DNA from: Ginkgo biloba
Taxonomy: Eukaryota > Plantae > Ginkgophyta
Length of the DNA: 21,843 bases
Assembly: GCA_024626585.2 (NCBI GenBank)
Contig: JANKJI020000002.1
Location: 83,943,142-83,964,984 of the forward strand
Direction of reading: 5' to 3'
A program made the position numbers and the translations under genes. The first letter of the stretch is position 1, and the number at the start of each line of letters is the position of its first letter. Shown here in pieces: positions 21,621 through 21,843 of the stretch. Below the pieces are notes generated by a model. The model worked only from the letters and a program-made list of their open reading frames with translations. It was not told the DNA's origin and did not search any database.

Positions 21621-21843
21621 TCTATACTATATAATAACAAAATAATGTCGGATCGACCACTCCCCTTTCCATATAAGGAATATATAATATCTTTTAATAA
21701 AAACATCTATACTATATATTGAAAAATTTGGCATGTTCGACTGACCACCCCCTTCTCCCCTATTTATATTATATACTAAAGAAAATAATTTTTGGTCGAT
21801 CACTACCCTTTCCATTGAAAGAATATATAATATATTTTAATAA
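21621..21843 (+). repeat. Tandem Helitron-like 5'-terminal units (3 degenerate copies), running off the window end
   Basis: TCTATACTATAT at 21621 (directly after CTAG 21617-21620) and 21706 (A^TC); units 1 and 3 share aaaataat....tcga.cact.ccctttccat....gaatatataatat.ttttaataa. Confidence 0.55.

Overview
AT-rich eukaryotic (land-plant) nuclear DNA from a gapped draft assembly, not prokaryotic. The window holds one complete 10-exon + strand gene encoding a 333-aa TAM41/MMP37 mitochondrial phosphatidate cytidylyltransferase (CDS 4706-19964, 1002 nt spliced, all introns GT-AG). Intron 5 (~10.35 kb including N gaps) and intron 7 (~2.7 kb) are long; intron 5 holds decayed LINE and LTR-retrotransposon remnants, a 22-bp minisatellite and a large nested inverted repeat. 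The long TE-filled introns and the protein sequence suggest a non-angiosperm such as a gymnosperm (inference). Upstream are a dead Ty3/gypsy integrase fragment and a two-exon, intron-retaining fragment of a DRP1/phragmoplastin dynamin gene, lying after Helitron-like 5' termini; a related repeat recurs at the far end of the window. I found no convincing novel multi-gene system. The best leads are the intronic foldback and a possible Helitron-captured dynamin fragment.
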